Notes: generated by a model from the sequence alone, not told the origin. A DNA stretch of 64,000 nucleotides from Candidatus Limnocylindria bacterium (GCA_038209995.1 JBBQXD010000002.1:136428-200427); one strand, 5' to 3'. Shown: positions 18,377 through 27,141, numbered from the stretch's first letter. Numbers and translations are program-made.

Positions 18377-18779
18377 GCGGTGCTCCTTGTCGTCCTCCGC
18401 CGGGTCAGTCATCGGTTCAGGTGGCCTCGTGGCTCGTTCGTCCCGGACGCAGAACGAGCCGTGATCCCGGGAGGGACCACGGCTCTTGCGCGATGCCTGC
18501 GGGGCATCAAAAAACCGTGGTCCGGATCCGGCCCACGGCTCGTGGCTGTCGTTGGCGGCAGTGCCGCCGATCCATCAGCTCGAGGTGGGCGCAGATCTCC
18601 CGCCTGTGGCGCCACTGAGAGGCGCCTTCGTGCGCGCGGTTGCGCAGATCGGAAGATTCATGGCCAGTTGCCGCTCTCCAATGATGAGTGGTTGCCGGTC
18701 CGCCAGGGACGCTGAGGCCGCGCGCGGGCGCGGCCGGTTCGAATGACGGAGCGGCAGTCTACGTCCGCGCCGCCGGGCG

Positions 18780-18810
18780 TGTCAAGAAACCTCGCCGCAG
18801 TGCGTAGAAT
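18780..18810 (+). promoter_or_regulatory. candidate sigma70-like promoter (-35 TGTCAA/GTCAAG, -10 TAGAAT) ending 6 nt before the pspC-like ATG, implying a leaderless mRNA
   Basis: TAGAAT at 18805..18810; the ATG is at 18817. Spacer is 18-19 nt. Confidence 0.3.
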
Positions 18811-18816
18811 CCGCGC

Positions 18817-19272
18817 ATGAATGGACGCCTGCTGCGCTCAAGGCGCGAACGGATGATCGGGGGCGTGGCCGGCGGCATCGGTCACCAGCTCGGTGTCGAC
18901 CCGACCTGGGTGCGCATCGCATGGGTCGTCCTCGCGATTGCCACCAACGGCGCCGCGATCCTGGTCTACCTGCTCCTCCTCTTCGTCATCCCCGAGGAGG
19001 GGACCGATGCAGCCGCGCCGACCGGGACCGGGACCGATGCCCGCGCGGACGTGCCGGTGGCAGGCAGGGGGCCGACGACGTCGCATCCGCAGCGCGGCTC
19101 ATTCGAAGCGGGGAACGGGGCCCTCATCGTCGGGGGGATCCTCGTCATCGTCGGGGCCTGGGCGCTCGCCTCCCAGTACGTTTCGAACATCCCGTGGGCG
19201 CGGATCTGGCCGATCGGCCTCCTCGTCGCGGGGCTGCTCATCGTGATCGCCTCCTTCACCCGCCGCCGCTGA
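18817..19272 (+). CDS. PspC-domain membrane protein
   Basis: 'RSRRERMIGGVAGGIGHQLGVDPTWVRIAWVVL' is the PspC N-terminal domain. C-terminal TM segments follow. Confidence 0.7.
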   Translation: MNGRLLRSRRERMIGGVAGGIGHQLGVDPTWVRIAWVVLAIATNGAAILVYLLLLFVIPEEGTDAAAPTGTGTDARADVPVAGRGPTTSHPQRGSFEAGNGALIVGGILVIVGAWALASQYVSNIPWARIWPIGLLVAGLLIVIASFTRRR

Positions 19273-22200
19273 GGCAGCGCGCCGCGCGCGCTGGATCTCC
19301 CACCGGTCGCGGCCGAGGAGCGCGAAGACCGCCGCGACGAACCCGACCGCGAGTCCCGCCACGAGCTTCGGCAGGTTGCCGCTGACGAGCTGCGTGCGAT
19401 CCCCGGAGGGAGGCGCCGGAAATTGGAATGCGTAGTTCCACGGCGGCAGGGCACGGGCGGCATTGATGTACCAGTCCGGCATCGCGAGCGCGGAGCCCAG
19501 CGGGAAGACGAGGATGCCGGCGACCGCCGCCAGGCTGAGGAACGCGACCCCGTACGGCCGCCAATCGGGCCGCACCAGGAGCTCGTCGACGGCGTAGGCG
19601 AGGGCCAACATTGCGAACAGCATGGCGGTGAAGTAGTGGTACATGAAGGTCGCGCGCTCGATCCGCGTCCACGGCAGGAACTGGAACGCGAAGGCGACGA
19701 CGACGAGCACGAGCGCCAGCGACCGCCGGCGCCAGGCCATGATCCCGGCGAAGACGAGGGCGGGGATGCCGGCCCAGAGGAGGATCGGGTTGCCGCCGTT
19801 GTAGATGGCGGCGGTGCTGCGGTCGTCGTAGCCGTGGCCGTAGAACCAGGTCGGCTTGAGGTCGAGCGGCCAGCTCCACCACGGTGAGCTCGAGGGGTGG
19901 CCGGCGGTCAGCCCGAAGTGGTAGCCGAACATCTGGGCGTGGAGCTCGTCGAGCGACCAGGCGTAGCCGGGCCCCACGTCGGGCGTCGCGATCGTGTGCC
20001 CCAGCGCCAGGTAGGGCACGTAGGTCAGGAAGTAGACGGTGAGCGGCAGGATGACGAGGCACGCCCCGATCCACGGCCAGGAGAAGCCGCCCAGCTCCTC
20101 CGGCGCCCACCAGCGGGCATCGTCGCGGGTGCGGAGCGACTTGACCGCGCGCGCGCCGACGAGCACGGCCGTCGCGCCGAGCATGATCCACGCCGGCCAT
20201 GCGGCCTGGGCGCCGCGGGAGAGGAACGCGAAGATCGTCTCGATCGCGTCCTTCGGCTGGCGGCCCGCCACCTGGCCGTATGCGAGCGCGAACGCCAGAC
20301 CGATGCCTCCCAGCACGAGCCCGGTGGCCGGCAGCGCCAGCAGCTCCTCGCCGCGCAGCCGGATCGGCCAGCGCCACACGATGAGGATGGCGATCGCGAA
20401 CGCGGCCGCGCACACGACGAGGACCGGCCACGGCGCGTCGATGCCCGCCACGATCAGCAGGAACCCGATCGCCCCCACCAGCAGCAGCCGTCCGAGCGGC
20501 GATCGCACGAGGACGAGGATGAGCAGCCCGGCGAGCGCGTAGAAGCCGACCCACTTGCTCGCTGCCGCCAGACCGATGAGGACCCCGGTGAGCGGCAGCG
20601 CCCACCACGCGCTGCCACGCCATCGGCCTGACCAGACCTGCCAGAAGAGCAGGTACGCGGCGATGATGAAGGTCGCCGTGAAGATGTCGTTCATCGCGAT
20701 CCGGCTCATGACGTAGCTCATGCCGTCGACCGCGACGAAGATTGCGGCGAGGACCGCGATCCGGCGGCGGCGGAACATCGTGGCCGCGAGCAGGTAGATG
20801 AGCCCGACCAGGATCGAGCCGAAGATGACGCCGGCCATCCGCCATGCCACCGCGTCGCCGCGCGTGTCGACGCTCACCAGCGCGCCCGCCGTTCCGCCCG
20901 CGGCCGGGGCGCTGACGACGAGGATCTGCGCGTTGTCGTCGCCGGTCCCGGTATCGACCGCGTCGACCGCGATCGCGAGCGACTCACCGGGGAGCGCCGT
21001 GCTGTCCCACGCCGCGAAGCCGGAGCGCAGCAGTCCCTGCCCGCCGGACTCGCCGTGCGGCTCCACCGCCCACACGACGGGCGCCCCGCCGTCATCGGTG
21101 ACGCCGGTGACGTAGATCATATTCACGACCGGCTCCCACGCGATCTGGCGCGGGGTGCCGGGGAGCGGCGTCGTGCCGATGAGCGTCAGCGTGTGCCCGT
21201 AGACGGCGATCCCGCCGCCCGTGGCCGGGAACGTGCCGGGATCGCCCGGCTGGGGGCCGACCGGCACCCAGACCTGCGCGTCGTTGCCGCTCCCCTGGAC
21301 GATGACCGGGCCGACGGGCGGCGCGCTGGCCTGGAGCGGCTCCTGGTTCTGCGCCGGCTCGAGGGTCGTCGCGTCCAGGACGTTCACCACCCCTCCGGCA
21401 GCGTCGGTGGAGAGGACGAGCGGCGCGGCCTGGTCAATCTTCGGGAGGTAGGCCAGGCCGCCACTGGCGAGCGTCGCAGTGGCGCTGATCACGGTGCCCG
21501 CCGGGTCGAGGCGCGCGATGCGGTCCGGCCCGCGGGCCAGGATCGCGGTCCCGTCGTCCGACACGACGATCTCGTTGACGCTCCCGAGGTCGGTCGCCCA
21601 CGCGACGCCGGCAGGCGGTGGCGCGCGGGGGCCGCTGCCGGGGAGGTAGGCGGCGAGGTCGTAGGCCTGCACCGTGCCGTCGTCGGCGCGGCCGGCGAGC
21701 AGGCGCTGCGCCGCGCCATCCCAGGCGAGCGACGCGATCGGGCCACCCGCGGACCATCGACTCAGCTCGCCGCCGTCGAGGGCATCGCGGCCGACGATCT
21801 GGCCGCTCTCGACGGTGAAGGCGACCGACCGCGGGTGCTGTTGGGAGTTGCGCGCCGGCGCCACCGCCAGCGCGCCACCGGCCGCGCCGAGCTCCGTCGT
21901 CGCGCGGACCTGGTTGGGATCCATGGCCACGATCCCCGCCGCGATGAGGTACTTGGCGAGCATCGGGTGCGTCCACTCGTACGTGTCCCGCGTCCACCCG
22001 TGCTCCCAGTCGGAGAGCCACTCCATGGCCGAGCGGGCGTGGTAGACCTCGTCGAAGTGGTAGCCCTGCGGCACGTCGAGGCGCCAGAGGCGGAAGAGGA
22101 GCCCGAGGCCGACGAGGCCCACGAGGAGGAGCGCGTCGAGCCGATCGAGCCGCCGGCCGCGCTCGCGGAACAGCGGGTCGTCCTCGCGCGACCGCTCCTC

Positions 22201-23949
22201 CACGGACGCCGGCTCGCGCGCGGGCACCCGGGGCACCGGCGGCATGACCATCGCGCCAGGCGAGACCCGCGGCCCATCCTCGGCGGCCCACGCCGGCTCG
22301 ACGGCCGGTGCCTCGCGCACCACGCGCCAGGCGAGCCAGCCGAACGCGACCACGACCACGATGCCCAGCAGGTAGAGCCCGGCATCGGTCCAGATGACGC
22401 CGTCGAAGAATGGCCCGAGGTCCATCGGTCCATCGCCGAAGCCGGGATTCATGGGTGGCAGGCCGGCGAACGTCCAGTCGGCGGTGTAGACCCACAGGAC
22501 GTTGGCGGTCAGCGACACGGTCACCAGGCCGTAGAGCGCCGCCCATCCGAAGCGCAGGAGGAGGGCCGCAGCTGCGATCGCCGCGAGGGGGAACAGGAGG
22601 AGGAACCAGGGGGGCCACGTCCCGTCGGACACGAGCTTGAACCCGGGGACCACGTCGAGGCCTATGGCGACGACTGCCGCCGCGCCGAACGCCATGAGCC
22701 TCCCCGACCGGCGCAGGCGCGGCACCGCCCGCAGGACGAGGGGCGCGGCCAGGCCGACCGCCGGGAAGAGGTACCGCTCGTGGACGCGCGTCGGCACCAC
22801 GAAGAAGGCGACCGCCACGAGGAGCGTGCCGATGACGAGCCCTTCCGGGTCGTCGTGGCGCCATACCTGCCACAGCGCGATCAGCGCCGCAACCGCAAAG
22901 AGCAGGGTGCCGAGGAGCTGCCACGAGACCCCGACGCCCGCGACCGCGATCGCGATCCCGGGGCCGCCACAGCCGAGGTCGGGCGCCACGGCCGGGACGT
23001 CGCAGCCCCACCGGAGGGTGTCGCCGAGGCCGCTCCAGGCATTTCGCCACAGGTTGATCGCGTTGATCGCCAGGCCCTCATAGGTCGTCGCCGCCTCGCC
23101 GAACTTGCCGATCAGGCTGGCGTTCGGATCGGACGAGGGTGACCACACCGACATGCCGAATGGGGCGAGGAGGAGGACGAGCGCGCCGATGCCGACCGCC
23201 ACCGATGTGAGCACCCGGAGCGGGTCGCGCCGCAGGTCCTGCCCTGGGTCGGCGGAGCGGCCGAGGAGGTGGCGCTTGATGCCGACGATCGCCACGATCG
23301 GGATCAGGAAGGCGTACTGGAACTTCACGAGCAGAGCGATCGTGGCGCCGAGCGCGGCGGCCTCGGTCCAGCCGGCCGCGAGCGCGTAGAGGGTGCCGAG
23401 GATGACGAGCGTGCCGACCGAGTCCACCTGGCCCCACACCGCGCTGTTGAAGACGGTGGCCGGGTTGAAGAGGTAGATCGCGGCCGCGACGAGGCCGACC
23501 GCCTCGCCCGACCAGCTCCGCCCTGCGAGCGTGAAGCGGCGGTCGAGGAAGCGCCGTCCGTAGGCGAAGAGCAGCCACGCGACGCCGGCGTCGGCCAGGA
23601 TGCCGGGGATCTTTATGAGGCCCGACGTCGCGTCCTGGCCCACGAGGGGAGCCAGGAGCTTGCCGATCAGGCCGAGGCCCCACAGGACGTAGAGGTAGCC
23701 GGGCGGATAATCACTGAAGTAGCCGGGTGCGTAGAATGCCCCGGGCCCGACACTCGCGAGTCGCTGTCCCCATGCGGAGAAATCGACGATGTCGATCCGG
23801 AACCCGCTCTTCGGCAGCAGGATGCCAGCGATGAGGGCACGCAGCAGCAGACCGATGAGGATGAGCACGCCGAGGAGCATGCCGGCGTCGAGGTGCAGGC
23901 CGTCAGCGAATGGCCTCGCGCCCCGCCGCCGCACGGGACGGGAGGTCAT
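19099..23949 (-). CDS. giant polytopic glycosyltransferase: N-terminal GT-C module fused to a PMT-like (GT39) protein O-mannosyltransferase module that carries a large periplasmic beta-propeller insertion and a PMT_4TMC C-terminus
   Basis: Single uninterrupted frame. Module A is polytopic with the acidic loop 'FRIDIVDF'. Module B starts with the PMT DE motif 'HFDEVYHARSAMEW'. It is followed by about 450 aa of repeat-like soluble sequence (WDGAAQRLLAG.., VVSDDGTAILARGPDRIARLDPAG.., IAVYGHTLTLIG.., VVWAVEPHG..). Then come multiple TMS (RMAGVIFGSILVGLIYLL...) and a C-terminal 'WTRIERATFMYHYFTAMLFAMLALAYAVDEL'. The start is ambiguous (ATG 23949 or 23880); the 3' tail overlaps convergent pspC by about 170 nt. 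Confidence 0.6.
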   Translation of the reverse strand: MTSRPVRRRGARPFADGLHLDAGMLLGVLILIGLLLRALIAGILLPKSGFRIDIVDFSAWGQRLASVGPGAFYAPGYFSDYPPGYLYVLWGLGLIGKLLAPLVGQDATSGLIKIPGILADAGVAWLLFAYGRRFLDRRFTLAGRSWSGEAVGLVAAAIYLFNPATVFNSAVWGQVDSVGTLVILGTLYALAAGWTEAAALGATIALLVKFQYAFLIPIVAIVGIKRHLLGRSADPGQDLRRDPLRVLTSVAVGIGALVLLLAPFGMSVWSPSSDPNASLIGKFGEAATTYEGLAINAINLWRNAWSGLGDTLRWGCDVPAVAPDLGCGGPGIAIAVAGVGVSWQLLGTLLFAVAALIALWQVWRHDDPEGLVIGTLLVAVAFFVVPTRVHERYLFPAVGLAAPLVLRAVPRLRRSGRLMAFGAAAVVAIGLDVVPGFKLVSDGTWPPWFLLLFPLAAIAAAALLLRFGWAALYGLVTVSLTANVLWVYTADWTFAGLPPMNPGFGDGPMDLGPFFDGVIWTDAGLYLLGIVVVVAFGWLAWRVVREAPAVEPAWAAEDGPRVSPGAMVMPPVPRVPAREPASVEERSREDDPLFRERGRRLDRLDALLLVGLVGLGLLFRLWRLDVPQGYHFDEVYHARSAMEWLSDWEHGWTRDTYEWTHPMLAKYLIAAGIVAMDPNQVRATTELGAAGGALAVAPARNSQQHPRSVAFTVESGQIVGRDALDGGELSRWSAGGPIASLAWDGAAQRLLAGRADDGTVQAYDLAAYLPGSGPRAPPPAGVAWATDLGSVNEIVVSDDGTAILARGPDRIARLDPAGTVISATATLASGGLAYLPKIDQAAPLVLSTDAAGGVVNVLDATTLEPAQNQEPLQASAPPVGPVIVQGSGNDAQVWVPVGPQPGDPGTFPATGGGIAVYGHTLTLIGTTPLPGTPRQIAWEPVVNMIYVTGVTDDGGAPVVWAVEPHGESGGQGLLRSGFAAWDSTALPGESLAIAVDAVDTGTGDDNAQILVVSAPAAGGTAGALVSVDTRGDAVAWRMAGVIFGSILVGLIYLLAATMFRRRRIAVLAAIFVAVDGMSYVMSRIAMNDIFTATFIIAAYLLFWQVWSGRWRGSAWWALPLTGVLIGLAAASKWVGFYALAGLLILVLVRSPLGRLLLVGAIGFLLIVAGIDAPWPVLVVCAAAFAIAILIVWRWPIRLRGEELLALPATGLVLGGIGLAFALAYGQVAGRQPKDAIETIFAFLSRGAQAAWPAWIMLGATAVLVGARAVKSLRTRDDARWWAPEELGGFSWPWIGACLVILPLTVYFLTYVPYLALGHTIATPDVGPGYAWSLDELHAQMFGYHFGLTAGHPSSSPWWSWPLDLKPTWFYGHGYDDRSTAAIYNGGNPILLWAGIPALVFAGIMAWRRRSLALVLVVVAFAFQFLPWTRIERATFMYHYFTAMLFAMLALAYAVDELLVRPDWRPYGVAFLSLAAVAGILVFPLGSALAMPDWYINAARALPPWNYAFQFPAPPSGDRTQLVSGNLPKLVAGLAVGFVAAVFALLGRDRWEIQRARRAASAAAGEGGDHDEQPRDEEADRPDPRPRDVRNVLGGERPGPDDDEDPPDDEGPVPRFE

Positions 23950-23964
23950 CGAAGGCGACGCCGG

Positions 23965-25650
23965 ATGCAGCGTCGCCGGGTCTGGCACGGCACGGCGGCG
24001 GTGAGTATACATCGACCCCCGGACGATCCCGATGGCCTCCCGGTTGCGTCGGGGGCCGCGGGCCGACCGCCCCGCCGTCTCCGCGCCGCGCATCCCACGA
24101 TCCCATATGTATCCGGCCCGGTCGCCTGGGCGGCGGCCTTCATCACGCTGGTGGCGTTCGGCATCTACCTCCGCACCCTGATGCCGGCGACCGGCTTCTG
24201 GGACACCGGCGAGGCGCAGACGGTGCCGCACACGCTCTCGATCTTCCACCCCACCGGCTTCCCGACCTATGCGCTCCTGGGATGGCTCTGGAGCCAGCTC
24301 CCGATCGGCGAGGTCGCATATCGCATGAACCTGCTGTCCGCCGTCTGCGTCGCGCTTGCCGCCGGCCTCACGGTGCTCATCACCGCCCACCTCCTGGAGG
24401 AGCGCAACCGCTGGGTCGCAGCGGTTGCCGGCGCAGTCGCGGGCGCCGCGTTCGCGTTCGCCAGCGAGGCCTGGGAGATCGCGCTGCGTGCCGACGTCCA
24501 CGCCGTCCACATCCTCATCGTCGCGCTCATCGTGTGGCTGCTCGTCACCTGGCGCGCCGCCGAACGCGCCGGGTCACCGCGGTGCGGGCGCTGGCTTGCC
24601 GCGGCGGCGCTCATGTTCGGGCTGGGGCTCGGGAACCATCCGCTCATCGGGCTGATGGCCTTCGCCATCGGCCCGTGGCTGTTCATCGTCGACCCCGGCA
24701 TCTGGCGCCGATGGCGACTGGTCGCCGCCTGTGCCGCGCTCCTGGTGCTGGGTCTGCTGGTCTACCTCTACATCCCGATTCGGGCCCATATCTCGCCCGA
24801 GCCTCCGCTCTTCTACGCCCACCCCAGGACGTGGGAGGGTTTCCGCTATCTCGTCTTCGCCGAGCAGTTCCACGGCCTCTTCGACCAGTTCGCCAGCCCC
24901 CTGCAGTACATCGATGCGAAGTGGGCGAAGGTGGAGAGCGTTCTCGCCGCCCAGCTCGTGGGACCCGGCTGGCTCGTCGTCGCGATGGGCGCCGCGAGCC
25001 TCGCGGTCCGTCGCCTCGGGGCGTTCGCGTTCCTCCTCCTGCTCATGGCCTCCAACATCTACTACGCCATGAACTTCCAGGACGGTGACATCGACCGCTA
25101 CTACCTCCTCAGCACGCTCGTCGCCTGCGTCCTCGTGGGCGTGGCGGTCGGGAGCCTCGCGGCGGCGGGCAGCCGCGCCATCGCCCAGGCGACTCGCCGC
25201 ACGCTCGACATCGCCGGCCGCCGCACGGTGGCGCGACTGGCGGGCGGGACGGTGCTCGTGCTCGGGGCGCTGCTGCCGGTCGTGGCGCTCACCACCCGGT
25301 ACGACGTGCGCGACCAGTCGCGGAACCACGAGGCCGACCTGTGGGTGGCGAGCGTCTATCGCGCGCTCCCCCAGGACGCGGTGATCATCAGCTGGTGGAG
25401 CTACAGCACGCCACTGTGGTACCACCGCTGGGTCCTCGGCGACCGGCCGGACATCACGATCATCGACGAGCGGAACATCCTCGACGACGGCTGGGGTACG
25501 ATCAATGCCGCCATTTACGCGTACCTGGGCCGGCGGCCGGTCTACCTGGTTCCGCCCGACTGGGAGGCGGCGAGGCTGCTGGCGGTCTTCCGCACGCGGC
25601 CCGTCGAGACGTACGGCGGCTACACGGAAATCGTCGAGGTGGTGCCCTGA
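23965..25650 (+). CDS. DUF2723/TMEM260-like GT-C family polytopic glycosyltransferase
   Basis: About 560 aa with 11 or more TMS and an N-terminal 'ATGFWDTGEAQTVPHTLSIFHPTGFPTYALLGW' block resembling the DUF2723 WDSGE motif. Large C-terminal soluble domain. Start ATG 23965 or GTG about 24001; only 15 bp from the divergent giant gene if both upstream-most starts are used. Confidence 0.55.
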   Translation: MQRRRVWHGTAAVSIHRPPDDPDGLPVASGAAGRPPRRLRAAHPTIPYVSGPVAWAAAFITLVAFGIYLRTLMPATGFWDTGEAQTVPHTLSIFHPTGFPTYALLGWLWSQLPIGEVAYRMNLLSAVCVALAAGLTVLITAHLLEERNRWVAAVAGAVAGAAFAFASEAWEIALRADVHAVHILIVALIVWLLVTWRAAERAGSPRCGRWLAAAALMFGLGLGNHPLIGLMAFAIGPWLFIVDPGIWRRWRLVAACAALLVLGLLVYLYIPIRAHISPEPPLFYAHPRTWEGFRYLVFAEQFHGLFDQFASPLQYIDAKWAKVESVLAAQLVGPGWLVVAMGAASLAVRRLGAFAFLLLLMASNIYYAMNFQDGDIDRYYLLSTLVACVLVGVAVGSLAAAGSRAIAQATRRTLDIAGRRTVARLAGGTVLVLGALLPVVALTTRYDVRDQSRNHEADLWVASVYRALPQDAVIISWWSYSTPLWYHRWVLGDRPDITIIDERNILDDGWGTINAAIYAYLGRRPVYLVPPDWEAARLLAVFRTRPVETYGGYTEIVEVVP

Positions 25651-26426
25651 ATCAAGAGCCCAGCGGAGAAGCGCGCGAGGCCGAACGTCCCCAGCTCACG
25701 TTCTTCTTCCCCGCCTTCAATGAGGAGGAGAACGTGGAGCGCACCGTCGAGCGGGCGCTGGCCGACATCGGTCCGCTCGTCGGCTCGATGGAGATCGTCA
25801 TCGTCGACGACGGCTCGACCGATCGCACGCCCAAGCTCGCTGACGCGCTGGCCGCCGCCCATCCGGAGGTGCGTGTCGTCCACCAGGAGAACCGCGGCTA
25901 CGGCGGCGCCTTGCGCACCGGCTTCGCCAATTCCCGAGGCCAGCTCATCTCGTTCTCCGACGGCGACCTCCAGTTCGACCTGACCGAGATGGGGCGCCTC
26001 CTCGCCCGCCTCGATGATCCGGCGAAGAAGCCGGTGGACGTCGTCATCGGCTACCGGATCAAGCGTCGCGACCCGGCGCATCGGATCTTCATTGCCAAGA
26101 CGTACAACGCAATCGTGTCGGTCCTCTTCGGCCTCCGAGTCCGCGACATCGACTGCGCGATGAAGCTTTTGCGCCGGGAGGTGTTCGACGGGCTGCGCCT
26201 GGATGCCGACTCGCCGTTCCTCTCCGCCGAGCTGCTCATCAAGCTCCGCGCGCGCGGCGAGCGGATCGCGCAGGTTGGGGTCAACCACTTTCCGCGGACC
26301 GCGGGGACGAACACCGGCGCCTCGTTCCGCAAGATCCTCCGCACGTTCCGGGACATTGGGAAGCTGCGCCTGGCGCTCTGGTTCCACCGGGGTGAGGTGC
26401 TCGGCCCCCGCCGGTCTCGCGGCTAG
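25647..26426 (+). CDS. GT2 polyprenol-phosphate mannose synthase (Ppm1/DPM1)-like; no canonical in-frame start codon near the conserved N-terminus
   Basis: 'LTFFFPAFNEEENVERTV', 'IVIVDDGSTDRT', 'SFSDGDLQFD' and 'IDCAMKLLRREV' are GT2 DPM1-like motifs. The only in-frame ATG/GTG/TTG upstream of the FFFPAFNEE block lies more than 300 nt inside the preceding gene; a CTG at 25647 is the nearest candidate. Confidence 0.55.
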   Translation: MNQEPSGEAREAERPQLTFFFPAFNEEENVERTVERALADIGPLVGSMEIVIVDDGSTDRTPKLADALAAAHPEVRVVHQENRGYGGALRTGFANSRGQLISFSDGDLQFDLTEMGRLLARLDDPAKKPVDVVIGYRIKRRDPAHRIFIAKTYNAIVSVLFGLRVRDIDCAMKLLRREVFDGLRLDADSPFLSAELLIKLRARGERIAQVGVNHFPRTAGTNTGASFRKILRTFRDIGKLRLALWFHRGEVLGPRRSRG

Positions 26427-26568
26427 GCCGGCTCATCTGGCGTTCAGTCCCCGATCGTGACAGCGTGCATCACGTCGGCACGTGCGTCTCGTGCGTCACG
26501 ACGGACCTCCCACGCCCCGCGCCGTCACCCGCCAACGACCCGCACCGCCCACGGGCGCGTGACCGGCC

Positions 26569-27123
26569 CTACGGCTCGTCGGGCGGCGGCCCCGTGTCGC
26601 CCGCGTCGGTGTCGACGTCGAGCGAGTTGATGAACTCGCGAAAGACCGCGAGCTTCTCGTCCTCGGGGCCGGTCTCGCCCTCCTCGAGATGATCCGGCTC
26701 CACGCCGGCCTCGTCGAGGACCCGCTCGTCGACGTAGATTGGCGAGCCGGTGCGGACCGCCACCGCGATCGCGTCGCTCGTCCGCGAGTCGACCTCCGCC
26801 TCCTCGCCGTCTGCGTTCTCCAGGTAGAGGCGGGCATGGAAGGTGCCCTCGTTCACGTGGGTGATGACGATGCGGCTGATGCTCGAATGCAGCGTGGCGA
26901 CCACGCTCACCAGCAGGTCATGGGTGAGCGGCCGCTCGGCGGAGAGGCCCTGGAGGCGCATCGCAATCGCGTTCGCCTCGGCCGGCCCGATCCAGATCGG
27001 CAGGTAGCGGTCCCGCTCATTGTCCTTGAGGATGACCACGTGCTGGCTCGAGAGCATGTGGACGCGGACGCTCTCCACGACCATCTCGATGAGGCGCACG
27101 CGACCATACGGCCCTTCGCCCAT
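26569..27123 (-). CDS. bifunctional nuclease (BFN/DUF151) family protein
   Basis: 'VVILKDNERDRYLPIWIGPAEANAIAMRLQGLSAERPLTHDLL' ... 'VITHVNEGTFHARLYL' matches the BFN-domain pattern. Acidic C-terminal tail. Confidence 0.6.
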   Translation of the reverse strand: MGEGPYGRVRLIEMVVESVRVHMLSSQHVVILKDNERDRYLPIWIGPAEANAIAMRLQGLSAERPLTHDLLVSVVATLHSSISRIVITHVNEGTFHARLYLENADGEEAEVDSRTSDAIAVAVRTGSPIYVDERVLDEAGVEPDHLEEGETGPEDEKLAVFREFINSLDVDTDAGDTGPPPDEP

Positions 27124-27141
27124 GGCCCGATTCTAGCCCGG

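Noticed and set aside
18700-18760. GGTTCGAAT-containing segment that looked like a tRNA T-loop
   Set aside because: No acceptor, D or anticodon arms could be paired around it. It is likely fortuitous within the structured intergenic region.
21055-23142. 695-aa plus-strand ORF
   Set aside because: Antisense to the giant GT-C gene. Extremely Arg/Gly/Asp/Glu-rich with no domains.
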